A stretch of DNA of 64,000 nucleotides from Podarcis melisellensis (lineage: Eukaryota): the NCBI GenBank assembly GCA_964234715.1, contig OZ174276.1. The stretch is one strand, 5' to 3'. Each line of letters starts with the position of its first letter. Within the stretch, counting starts at the first letter, position 1. A model generated the notes under the pieces. The model did not search any database. It worked only from the letters and a program-made list of their open reading frames with translations, and had not been told where the DNA came from. Positions 1-10,360 of the stretch are shown piece by piece. Both the position numbers and the translations under genes were made by a program.

Positions 1-174
1 AAGTCAAAGTACATGTTCAATTAGATAAGGTTAAAAATTAAATATGCCTTGATAGTCCCCTTTGCCTGCCCCCCATGTTCAAGGGTTGCCTCAACCTTAG
101 GAACACATCAAGGCAGAGGATTACAAGAGGCTCAGCAAATAGCAAAGGCCCATTATTGACTGGAAAAGGCCCAT

Positions 175-312
175 TATTTAACATGCTCTTTGAGTTATTT
201 GTGGGGCATAGGAATTCTTCCATTCCCCCTCCCAAAAAAATATAGTCTGGCTGCCCGCAAGGTCTGAGGGACAGTGGACCGGCCTCCTGCTGAAAAAGTT
301 TACTGACCACTG
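175..312 (+). mobile_element. Partial hAT-type MITE
   Basis: Matches the 3' half of the element at 62199-62453 (gttatttgtggggcatagg...ggtctgaggga...tgaaaaagtt..tgacc.ctg). Confidence 0.65.
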
Positions 313-431
313 GACCTAACCTATCCCTGTGACATTTTAGAAAGGATGCAGCTTCAAGGGGTCTCTGAATACTGCACCTCTGAAGACACTATCTCTGAAT
401 GTACAGTACACATGGAAGGGCTCAGTAGCAC

Positions 432-566
432 AGCCTGGGTAGCTCAGTTAGTTAGAGTTTGGTGCTGATAATGGCAAGGTTCAATCCGTGTATGGGACAG
501 CGGCATACGTTGGACTAGATGATCCTCAGGATCTCTTCCAAGTCTACAATTCTATGATTCTATGAT
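432..566 (+). mobile_element. tRNA-headed SINE with CR1-derived tail
   Basis: A-box-like tagctcagttagttagag, ggttcaatcc B box, ends in (ATTCTATG)n. Confidence 0.7.
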
Positions 567-713
567 CTGCTTTGTATGCAGAAGGTCCCATATTCAACTC
601 CCAGCATCCCTAACCCTGTCTGAAACCTGGAAAGCCATTGCCAGTCAGTGCAATGACTCAGAATACTGAGCTAGATGGACCAATGGTCTGAATCACATTA
701 TGACAGCTTCCTA
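567..713 (+). mobile_element. tRNA-derived SINE fragment (same family as 9807)
   Basis: ctgctttgtatgcagaaggtccc...gagctagatggaccaatgg...cagcttcctat. Confidence 0.65.
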
Positions 714-1011
714 TAACATAACATAACAAGAGGAGTTTCCTATGTACCTATTAACTTTTAATCAGGTAGGCCCTAAATTCCATTGAGCCTGTGCCGGGCA
801 AAAGTGCAGGGTTCCAAAGACACATTTCCACATGTAAATCTTCTATAATTTCCTTTACTTTCTCACGTGCCCACCACTGCAAGTCCAATTCATTCAGAAA
901 GGCTTGGTTTTATATGCATTTTTACTCAGAATCAAGGTTCACTGAATTTAGTGGAGCTGAGGAGGTCTTTCCTAAATAAGCATGCAAAGGATGGCAGGTT
1001 TAGTTTCTTAC

Positions 1012-1047
1012 CATGGCTGGATCCTTGGGTACCACTTTGGTCTGCAA
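1012..1047 (-). CDS. Coding exon 2 of the same cytokine (36 nt, LQTKVVPKDPAM)
   Basis: 109-nt intron 1. Acceptor ttgttttgtattttgctag, donor ATG|GTAAGA, phase 0/0. A tiny second exon after a short first intron is typical of CSF2/IL3/IL5. VPxD resembles avian GM-CSF as I recall it. Confidence 0.8.
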
Positions 1048-1156
1048 CTAGCAAAATACAAAACAAGGTTAGCTGGTAGAAATGCATTCTTTCATGATCA
1101 AATGTTTTAAAGTTCAGTCAAACGTTAGTTAACTTTGCTTTACAGTTATAGCATAC

Positions 1157-1297
1157 CTGTGTCAAATCTTTCAGACGATTCTGTGTTTCTATAAGCCCCT
1201 CTATACCGGTAAGTTCTTTTCTCGCAGTCGGATTGTGTGCTGGTCTGCAATTGATGTATGCTCCAAGGCAAAGGATGATCAAACAGTGGGGCAGCAT
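1157..1297 (-). CDS. Coding exon 1 of a GM-CSF/IL-3/IL-5-family cytokine, most like CSF2 (signal peptide + helix A)
   Basis: ACCACA-ATG start. 47 codons MLPHCLIILCLGAYINCRPAHNPTARKELTGIEGLIETQNRLKDLTQ, then phase-0 donor CAG|GTATGC. Hydrophobic leader. LIETQNRL carries a Glu placed like the beta-common-binding Glu of helix A. Directly downstream of a CSF2-type promoter and divergent from ACSL6. Confidence 0.85.
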
Positions 1298-1357
1298 TGT
1301 GGTGATAGCAGTGTGCTTCAGTTTCCTTGTTCTGAACCTGGTAAGACTTTGATGCTC

Positions 1358-1466
1358 TTATATATACACATGAAGCTAAAGGAAATGATTAATATCTCAC
1401 CACAAAAGTCAAGCATACCCAACGGAGGTGGAGGGGTGGGAAATTACCTTGAATAATGGAATCTCC
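1358..1466 (-). promoter_or_regulatory. GM-CSF-type proximal promoter: CK-1, kB, CACCC, RUNX, CLE0, TATA
   Basis: Minus strand, in order: GGAGATTCCAT (1456-1466), GGTAATTTCCC (1438-1448), CCCACCCCTC (1431-1440), TTTTGTGGT (1399-1407), ATTAATCATTTCCT (1380-1393), TATATATAA (1358-1366). Same elements and order as the human CSF2 promoter. Confidence 0.88.
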
Positions 1467-1599
1467 TAGCTGCTTATCTGATGCTCGGGTGCATATGATT
1501 TGTTGTGAAGAATGCTTGAATTTTAAAGGGAAATGTATACGTATATGGGCACAGAGATAAGTTCAATTGATTTTAGTGAGGAGTTAAGCATGCAATAGT

Positions 1600-2450
1600 A
1601 CATAAGAACACAAGAAGAGCTTGTTGGATCTGCCCAATGGCCCATCTTGTCCAGCATCCTGGTCTTACAATGCCAACCAAATGCCTACAAGAAACTCATA
1701 AGCCGGACCCGAGCACAAGAGTGTAATCCCTACAGTTTCTAGCAACAGATACAGTGGTACCTCAGGTTAAGAACTTAATTGGTTCTGGAGGTCCATTCTT
1801 AACCTGAAACTGTTCTTAACCTGAGGTACCACATTAGCTAATGAGGCCTCCCGCTGCCGCCGCGCAATTTCTGTTCTCATCCTGAGGTAAAGTTCTTAAC
1901 CTGAGGTACTATTTCTGGGTTAGCAGAGTCTGTAACCTGAAGCATCTGTAACCTGAGGTACCACTGTATTCAGAAGCATCTAACCATGGAGGCAGAACAT
2001 AGTTTAGCCATTGATATCCTTATCTTCCATGGAATGGTCTAACTCTCTTTTAAAACTATCTGAGTTGCTTGCCGTCACTGTGTCCTGTGGGAGCACGTTC
2101 CATACTTTAACTTACTATCTGCCCTGAATCTTCAAGCTTTTAAGCTTCCTTGTATTTTCATAAGTTATTAAAAGAGGAGAAAACGGTGTTATTAAAAGAG
2201 GAGAAAAACATTTCTCTATCCACTTTCTCTGTGCCCTGCATCCTTTTTATAAACTTTTATCTTGTCACCTCTAACTCACCAAAAATGATCAAGGGCATGG
2301 AAGAACTCCACTATGAGGAAAAGGTTGCAGCATTTTTACAAAAAAGCTGAAAGGCTTCAACCTTTCCTCAAAGGGAAGTCGCTCCATCCCATTGATCATT
2401 TTGGTTGCCCTTTTCTGGATGGTGTGCCCTGTGTCCTACTTTTACAATGG
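1600..2450 (-). mobile_element. Degenerate CR1 LINE 3' end, interrupted by a mariner-type MITE
   Basis: acataagaac tail and antisense CR1 3' motifs (ggcccatcttgtccagcatcctg; gatcattttggttgccctt). Confidence 0.6.
1752..1966. mobile_element. Tc1/mariner (Tigger/pogo-like) MITE, copy 1
   Basis: TIR CAGTGGTACCTC...GAGGTACCACTG flanked by TA. Seven copies in the window. Confidence 0.85.
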
Positions 2451-2504
2451 ATAGTCCTCTCTTTGAAGGGCTCCTCTGAATGACTGCCCAGCAAAAGGCC
2501 AATT

Positions 2505-2677
2505 ATTAATAATAATAGCCTGCCCATCTGGCTGGGTTTTCCCAGCAACTCTGGGCATCTTACAAGACACAAGACCACAGAAAAACATCAGCCATTAAAA
2601 ACTTCCCTATACAGGGCTGCCTTCAGATGTCTTCTAAAAGTTGTGTAGTTGTTTATCTCTTTGACATCTGACGGGAG
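2505..2677 (-). mobile_element. L2 LINE 3' tail
   Basis: Antisense of the tail at 5040-5210 (cccatctggctggg...cagggctgccttcagatgtcttctaaaag). Confidence 0.7.
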
Positions 2678-3436
2678 TCTGTGTGTGTGTGTGTGTGTGT
2701 GCATATGCAGATTTTATTCAGATCTGTGCTCCATTTCATCGTTGGTGTTGCAAAAGGAGCTGCCAAAAGTTAACAGAATTTAAAGTAATTAATTTCATAT
2801 AGAATTATGTCCTTACACGATTTGGAATTATGAAGCCACCTTCAATTGTCCATGTATATTAGAGCCCTGGTGATGCAATGGTGGACCTCTTTCTGAGGAA
2901 GGAGTTTGGACTATTGCTTCAGCGCCATGGGGATGTGACATGAGAGCATGGTTCTATCTCTTCAGGCACATGGGCAAGCATGGGCACTAGATCAGTGACC
3001 CTGACCACAGGCTTGTAGATGGGGGTCTAGTGGGGCTTTCCTCCCCCTTATTTTGTTATAAGCAAGTAATTAACTCAACAGGAAAGTCTTTGTTTTAATA
3101 GTACTATCAAGCACCACACATAAGCCAATCAGAGCCATATATTCTTAATGTCTTCATACATCAGGCATCCTGCATACCTCTAGCTAGTTTGCAGCAATGT
3201 GTGGGGAGGGCGAGACAAAGGATTCATTTTTATTTCATTTTTTGACTGTAAGGCACAGGATTGGGGGCAGAGTTCTCATTTGAGCGGTTCCTCAACTTTC
3301 CCCCTTTGTTAAGGAGGGTTGTAAGAAAAAGGGCCTCCTAAGAACCCTTGGGGGTGGGAGTGGAAGGGCGGAGAAGAGAGAATTCTGGAAGTTTCTGTTG
3401 AAATGCATCTAGGTTGTTGTTGGTGATAATTTTATT

Positions 3437-3611
3437 CAGTGCTTTTTTCTGGGGGGACACAGGGGGACGTTTACCCCTAAACATTTTGTGAATCTTTGTA
3501 CTTTTGTCCATTTACTGTATTTATTTTGTCCTGATTTGAACTATAAAATGGTGATTTTCTTGAGTCAAAATGAGAGTACCACTAAACATTTTTTAAGGAA
3601 AAAAAGCACTG
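3437..3611. mobile_element. hAT MITE
   Basis: TIR CAGTGCTTTTTT/AAAAAAGCACTG, perfect 8-bp TSD ATTTTATT. Confidence 0.85.
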
Positions 3612-4794
3612 ATTTTATTTATATGCTGCCCATCGGACTAGGGTGCCGCAGCCACTCTGGGTGGCTTCCAGCAAAATAGAATGACTAGCAAACCAATACA
3701 TTCTGGGTTCTATTCAACTAAGTCCTACTCAGAGTAAACGAGTCATGTCTCTTAACTTCAACGGGCCTCCTCTGAATAGGCTAGCATTGAATTACTCCCC
3801 CACCCCCCAACTTATGCCAGAATACTTGTGTGGGGGCAACAAGTGTTGAGAGGTAGAAAGATTATTAAAAATATGAAAAGGGTGTGTTAGAAGAGAATGG
3901 AGGAAACCAGGAAGTGAATGGAGGTCAGGGAAGAGGTGGAAGAGAAAAGAGAGGGGAGAGGGAAGACAAGCAGTGGATGGATGGCTGAAAAGATGAGAAC
4001 AAAAAGGAGATGAACAGAGGGGAAGGCAGTGGGAGGCTGAGGTTATGCACCCCCATAAATAGCTCTCCTCCAACCTGGCTTACCACTGCTACAGGTTACA
4101 GTAAGAAATATCAGCGTCATCATTAACCACATTAATGTGTACATGGGGATGAACTGCCCCCTGCATTTTTAGTGCCTCCTCCAAACTTTTAGGCTAGCTA
4201 TGGGCCTAGCCTGCCATACTCTATGGCATACCTTGTCTTCCTGGTGTTCACTTTTCTTTACCTTTTCTTTTTTTAAAAAAAAGAAAGAGTTGCATCTGGT
4301 TCAGGAAGTACTAACTGTAGTTCCTATTTGTGTGGGGAGGATATTCTACAGGATATCCTGCAGATTTCTGAAGGCTAAGGAGCGTCCTGGGACTAATCAA
4401 GGACTGTTTCTCAGTCTGTATATACAGCATTAAGAAGCCAACTTCCTTGTTGGTTCAGGGTTCGGTCACACAAACCAAAGCATTTCCATTCAATGGGACC
4501 TGAGCTCTTTTCTACTGCACACATGCTGCCAGTTATGTAGACCCTTAACCACAATGTCCTGACAATAATTCATGTGACCAAAGCAGCATGGAAAGATGTG
4601 TGTAAGAGGGGGAGTGCTCAACTTCAATTAAATGCCCAATGACTGAAATCTTTGGGACACTTTCTCTTCTTGCCATCTAGATAAATAATTTTTTAGTATA
4701 TATCAAACTTTGAAAATCTATTACACTGTAGTAGGACTAGGAAACTTTGGGGTTTTTTCCTCATTGAGGGGAGCATTCTCTCAGACGTAATCTT

Positions 4795-5210
4795 GAAAGA
4801 CCTACATTGGCTCCCAGAACGTTTCCGAGCACAATTCAAAGTGTTGGTGCTGACCTTTAAAGCCCTAAATGGCCTTGGTCCAGTTTACCTGAAGGAGCGT
4901 CTCCACCCGGACACTGAGGTCCACTGCTGAGGGTCTTCTGGCGGTTCCCTCGCTGCGAGAAGCCAAGTTACAGCGAACCAGGCAGAGGGCCTTCTGGGTA
5001 GTGGTGCCCGCCCTGTGGAACGCCCTCCCACCAGATGTCAAAGAGAACAACAACTACCAGACTTTTAGAAGACATCTGAAGGCAGCCCTGTTTAGGGAAG
5101 CTTTTAATGTTTGATGCATTACTGTATTTTAATATTTTGTTGGAAGCTGCCCAGAGTGGCTGGGGAAGCCCAACCAAATGGGCAGGGGATAAATAAATTG
5201 TTGTTGTTGT
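4795..5210 (+). mobile_element. 5'-truncated L2 LINE
   Basis: Encodes LHWLP.RFRAQFKVLVLTFKALNGL, followed by 3' UTR and (TTG)n tail. Confidence 0.8.
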
Positions 5211-5712
5211 CACAGCTGCAGGCCAGCAGTAGGAGGGGCTGAAATGATGGTAGGTGAGAGCAGAAGCAAAAGAGGGTGGACTCCCTTTGTCTCTCTCCTG
5301 CCACTCCCCTCCCCTGTTCCCCACCACCCGCTTGCTTCATGCATTGTAGCTCTGGAGCCATAGGTTGCCTACTTCTCTGCTTTACAGCAATAACTAAGAA
5401 ACCTGTCTCTGCAGAAACCAATAAAATCTGCTTATTCCATAGTTTACCTAAAGATGGCTACTTCAATGTGGGTTGCTTGAGACTGGAACCACAATGACTT
5501 TCCAATATTTGTAACCAAAATATTTCTCTAACAAGAGTAGTGGTGGTATATGAACCATAAATATAATAATTTCTAGAGTAATGTTGTTGCTATGGATGTG
5601 TGAGATATATGGACTGCTGACACAATTTTTTTGCAGTTTTTGCTGTCACCTGGTTATCTTGATCTGCTAGAAGAAAAGACATAGTAGCAATGGTTGAGTA
5701 CTTGATATAGAT

Positions 5713-5960
5713 AGTAAAGTAAAGGTAAAGGAACCCTGACCATTAGGTCCAGTCATGGCCGACTCTGGGGTTGTGGCGCTCATCTCGCTTTATTGGCCGA
5801 GGGAGCCGGCGTACATCTTCCGGGTCATGTGGCCAGCATGACTAAGCTGCTTCTGGAGAACCAGAGCAACACACGGAAATGCCGTTTACCTTCCCGCCAG
5901 AGTGGTACCTATTTATCTACTTGCACTTTGACGGGCTTTCGAACTGCTAGGTTGGCAGGA
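5713..5960 (-). mobile_element. Sauria SINE (truncated)
   Basis: (ACCTTT)n tail seen as aaaggtaaagg, and core ggtcatgtggccagcatgact...gtacctatttatctacttgcac. Confidence 0.85.
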
Positions 5961-5964
5961 GGAT

Positions 5965-6090
5965 ATAGATAGAGGGGTAATAACCTCACTCCTCAAATCT
6001 TTATAAACAGTGCAAGCCAGTAGCACATGAGCTACTGATTCAGCACTGCTATCTCCACATGGACATAAGCATTGCTCCAGCGGATTTTTT
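5965..6090 (-). mobile_element. LINE ORF2 C-terminal CCHC zinc-knuckle fragment
   Basis: CLCPCGDSSAESVAHVLLACTVYKDLR in the ORF track. Confidence 0.6.
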
Positions 6091-6937
6091 TTTTTAAAAG
6101 CAACCCTCAAGTACAGCTGAAGGCATTATATTTAATTTTGCGTAAGTGAAAGCATGTCTGTATTTTGGAACTGTTAAATTTTGCAAATAGGATGCCTATG
6201 ACTAGGTGGAAAATAATCATACCATGAACAAAATTTCCTTATGGTGGTCAAATTATTCTGTCACTCAATATCATATACGCACTGTCTAATTAAATTTCTT
6301 GCTTTGCTGAAGCCCAGTGTTAATAACTGCTGTGGTGATAAACCAGAAAAATAAAAAGATGGCTGTTTTTGAAAAAGTTGCACAAATCAAACCTGATGAT
6401 GTTCAGTATTCTACACTCTGATATCAAAAGAGCTGCCTGTCCTACTTAGCTGGGGTGGGTAGGATTCTGCTAGTTGATAATGAAGAACTGAAACAAGTTG
6501 ACTTGGACTAATTTTGTCCTTCTGATTAACAGGATGAAGGCAGACTTGAGGAAATGGAGCAAGTTTAATTAGTCCATATTTTGGAGCATTGCGTCAGTCA
6601 AGATATCCCATCTCTTTAAAGTGCTATTTTTAGGTCAAATGCTATCTATTCTTATTTCTGATAGCATCTTATCTTCCTGGCAATGAATATACAAGAAAGT
6701 TAATTTTGGCTCCAAGAAATCCAGAATAAAAATCAACTATTTATACAGATCTGCTTCAACTGGAGACTGGGGGAGCCCCAACATTAAGCTCTCTTTTGAC
6801 CAAGTGATACCACCCATCACTCAGGACAAAACTTAGGTGTGGGTGCAGTTTGAGCCTGCTCCGGTGTCATGAGGGAAGCAATTCCAGTAAGTCAGCGTTT
6901 ATGAGATTTGCCATTTTCAAAAGCCACATTCTCAATT

Positions 6938-7425
6938 TACAACAACAACAACAACAATTTTATTATAATTTTATTTATTATCTGGCTAGGTTTCCCCAGC
7001 CACACTGTGCAACTTTCAGCAGAATATTAAAACATCAAACATTAAAAACTTCCTGATACAGGGCTGCCTTCAGATGTTTTCTAAAAGTTGTGTAGTTCTT
7101 AATCTCCTTGACATTTGATGGGAGGGTGTTCCACAGGGAGGGCACTACTGCTGAGAAGGCCCTGTGCTTGGTTCCCTGTAACTTCATATCTCGCAATGAG
7201 GGAACCACTAGAAGACCCTCAGAGGTGGACCTCAGTGATTGATGGGGGTGGAGACCCTCTTTCAGGTATACTAGGCCAAGGCCATTTAGGGCTTTAAAGG
7301 TCAGCACCAACACTTTGAAATGTGCTTGGAAACGTACAGGGAGCCAGTGAAGATCCTTTAGGACCAGTATTATACCATATGGTCTTGGCAGCTGTTCCAA
7401 GTCACCAGTCTAGCTGCTGCATTCT
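6938..7425 (-). mobile_element. 5'-truncated L2 LINE
   Basis: LKDLHWLPVRFQAHFKVLVLTFKALNGL...LWNTLP...FRKHLKAALY, with (CAA)n tail on plus. Confidence 0.85.
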
Positions 7426-9589
7426 GGCAGATGATACTGATTAAGTGTGGATTTCACAATCTTTCATTGGCAGACAAATTTCCTTTTGCTGCTACTGACA
7501 AGAATCTTAGATTACAATCCTTAAGGGAGGGAGAGGGAGCAAAGTGTTTGATAAAAATAATTTTCTGGTTGTGTGTTTTTTCTCCTCGCCTGTAGACTGA
7601 GCATCCCTTGAGTATGGGCGCCATTCAGCCAGTGTAGCAGCAGCATCCCTCTGGTCCCTGTGTAATGTGAATATAAGTGTCCTGTCCTGGCAAAGCAGAG
7701 CCCACAGATGAATCAGGAGGGTACAAATCCAACAGTCTGGATTGGAAGTAGAGGGCAGGTAGCATTTCTTCAGGGTTTGGATGCAGGAAGACAAGGAAGG
7801 GTGGCAGCAGGTCTTTCAGGACCCCGGACAGAGCCCAGGGAGATGACTACCAGAGCTTCTGAACATAGCCTATTTTCGTTCCTTAACCTTGCCTACATTT
7901 CTGGGGTAGAACCTTAAAGGAACAGTTCCTTTGCCTGGAACTCTACCATCTCTTTAGCCCTGTGGTTCCCAACCTTTTTTTGGCCCCCAGGCTAGGTGTA
8001 TTGTTGTTGTTTCTGCCTGTCCCAGAAAAAAGAAGCCACAAAAAGGTGGGAAAATAAAGTTGGCATGGCACTAGGTTAGGTGGAGAGGTTTGTTTCTGAG
8101 TCCTGATATCATGTGTGTGCATGTGTCTGTTGGCTATTTGTGCAGTATGGTAGCGCTGCAGAGAGCTTGCTGGGGAGACCATGCATTAAAAAGAAAGGGA
8201 CTCAAAAATAACTTACACAAGGTTTTAATTACAAAAACAAAAACTCCTTATACACTCCTTATACACTAAATACATTAACAACAAACCAGACCCAACCACC
8301 AACCCAACCCCCAGGGGAATGGGAGAGCTAGGTGCTGCTCCTTATATACTACACCGAAATGCTGACACACCTTAATCAAATACAACTCAGCAGCACCTGC
8401 TATGTTTCACAGCTGTAAAGCTGGGTCTCGTTATCTTGCTCTGGCCCTTGCTCTGGCCCCTTAAAGACATACACATCAAGTGGAACAATGATGAACCTTT
8501 ACATTTAAAGTAACCATTCAACAGTGTCATGTATGTGCACCCACCACTAGCATTCAGTCTCCACAAGTTGTGGTTGGCCAAGGGTGAATTAAGCCCTTGT
8601 TCCTACCCTTCAAATGTTTGCCAGTATAGGAACCAGCATCTGAGGGCTAAGCCAGAGAGGAAAATCTAAATAATTCAGATTCCAATGCCAATGAGCAATT
8701 CTTGTGAGAAGAAGACTTCAATCCTAGGCACATTCTTGTGAAGTAAGTCCAAATAAATACAGAGGGGTTTATTTCAGAAAACACTTGCACATTGTTGCAT
8801 ATGACTTGGTTTATGGATTTCCCATTGGTTTTTAAATGGTACTTTGGTCATGGCAAGAGGTTAAGTGGATTTAGAGCTTTTGTCTAGAAACTCAGGCTAG
8901 GAACATGCTATCCCTTTAAAGCACATTCTTTCCCTCAAGGAATTATGGGCATTGTAGTTCACCTCTCACAAAGTTACAGTTCAAAACAACCCTTACCAAA
9001 CTACAGTGCCCAGAATTCTTTGAGGGAAAGACTGTGCTTCGAATGTGCTTTAAAAGGTAGAGTGTGCACACACCGACAGATGTTACTTACCACTTAAATA
9101 AGTGATCAAAAGGCAAGTGTGATGTTAGAGGGTGTTTTTAAAAGGGAAATAAGATAATATTAAAAGAGGTTAAACAAATCAGCCACCTTGCCTCTGGAAT
9201 GAGGAACTGCTGAAATGTATCAGTGCTTGGGCAAAAGAACCCAAAACATCAAAGCCATGGGGAAAGAATTATTCTGGAGCATAATTCAGAAGCCAGAAGC
9301 TGTCACTTTAGACAGAGGTCTTGGTTCTTTGGCAACAAAGAAAAAAATTAAGCTGAAAGGTTGGCATGGATGGGGGTTTTCCTCCAAATGCCTTATCATA
9401 TGTGCTGCAGGATGTGGTTGATGAAATCAAGACCATGGGCATTCATAGAGAACATACAGAGCAATGCAAGAGCTGAATTGTCATAGGGAAAATACACAGT
9501 GGATTCTATAAAATTAGAGACAAGAATTCCCTATGAGAGACAAAGAAAATGGCAGGTGTACATCAGAATATTCCCCATGAAGATCATTT

Positions 9590-9773
9590 CCTATGAAAGA
9601 TGGAGGGCACAAGGAGAAGGGAACGACAGAGAATGAGATGGTTGGATAGTGTTCTCAAAGCTACCAGCATGAGTTTGACCAAACTGTGGGAGGCAGTGGA
9701 AGACAGAAGTGCCTGGTGTGCTCTGGTCCATGGGGTCACGAAGAGTTGGACACGACTAAACGACTAAACAACG
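9590..9773 (+). mobile_element. BovB (RTE) LINE 3' end
   Basis: gatggagggcacaaggagaaggg...ggtccatggggtcacgaagagttggacacgactaaacgactaaacaac. Confidence 0.85.
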
Positions 9774-9806
9774 TTTGGTGATTGGAAATGAACTGCTACC
9801 CTTGAA

Positions 9807-9930
9807 GGGCTATAGCTCAGTGGTAGAACATCTGCTTTGCATGCAGAAGGTCTCTGGTTCAATCCCTGGCATCTCCATATATGGCTGGGAGAGACCCGCC
9901 CCCCAACCACCTGAAATCCTGGAGATTCAA
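9807..9930 (+). mobile_element. tRNA-derived SINE
   Basis: gggctatagctcagtggtag...ggttcaatccctggcatctcca followed by SINE body. Related copies near 9960-10141(-), 22460-22650(+), 26270-26400(-), 40190-40370(-), 53790-53930(+), 56140-56590(+). Confidence 0.75.
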
Positions 9931-10211
9931 AGCAAGCCTTACCAGTAAGTCATGAGAAAATGGGAAACTCCCTTATACCAGGTCAGATGATTGGTCCATC
10001 TAGTCCAGTATTATCTACTTTGACTGGTGGATCGGCAGGTGTCTTTCACATCACTTGACACCTGATCCCTTTTAACTGGAGCTGTCAGGAAATGAGCTTG
10101 GGACCTTCTGCATCGAAAGCATGGGCTCTACCACTGAGGTAGTGTCTTCCTCAATCTTGGGATTGAATTGGAAGCTTCTTGGCCTGAAGCTAGTGTTCTG
10201 TTTTGCACAGC

Positions 10212-10360
10212 CAGTGTCTTTTTTTTTTTTTTTTTAGAGTGTATTCACAGGTACGCAGAACCAGCACGGGTTTCTTTGGGGGGGGGGGGTTGTTGTTAAA
10301 AAGTGTGGCACAACTTCATGGTGAGTATCAGCACCTATTTTACTAGGAAAAAATGCACTG
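10212..10360. mobile_element. hAT MITE
   Basis: CAGTG.TTTT...AAAATGCACTG termini, TSD TGCACAGC/TGTACAGC (7/8). Confidence 0.75.

Noticed and set aside
750-922. Minus-strand frame KCI*NQAFLNELDLQWWAREKVKEIIEDLHVEMC that looks like cytokine helices B-C (possible exon 3)
   Set aside because: In-frame stop, no good acceptor or donor, and its start overlaps a common short squamate repeat. Not supportable without RNA data.
9807-9877. tRNA-like sequence
   Set aside because: Continues into a SINE body and has many degenerate copies in the window, so it is a SINE head and not a tRNA gene.
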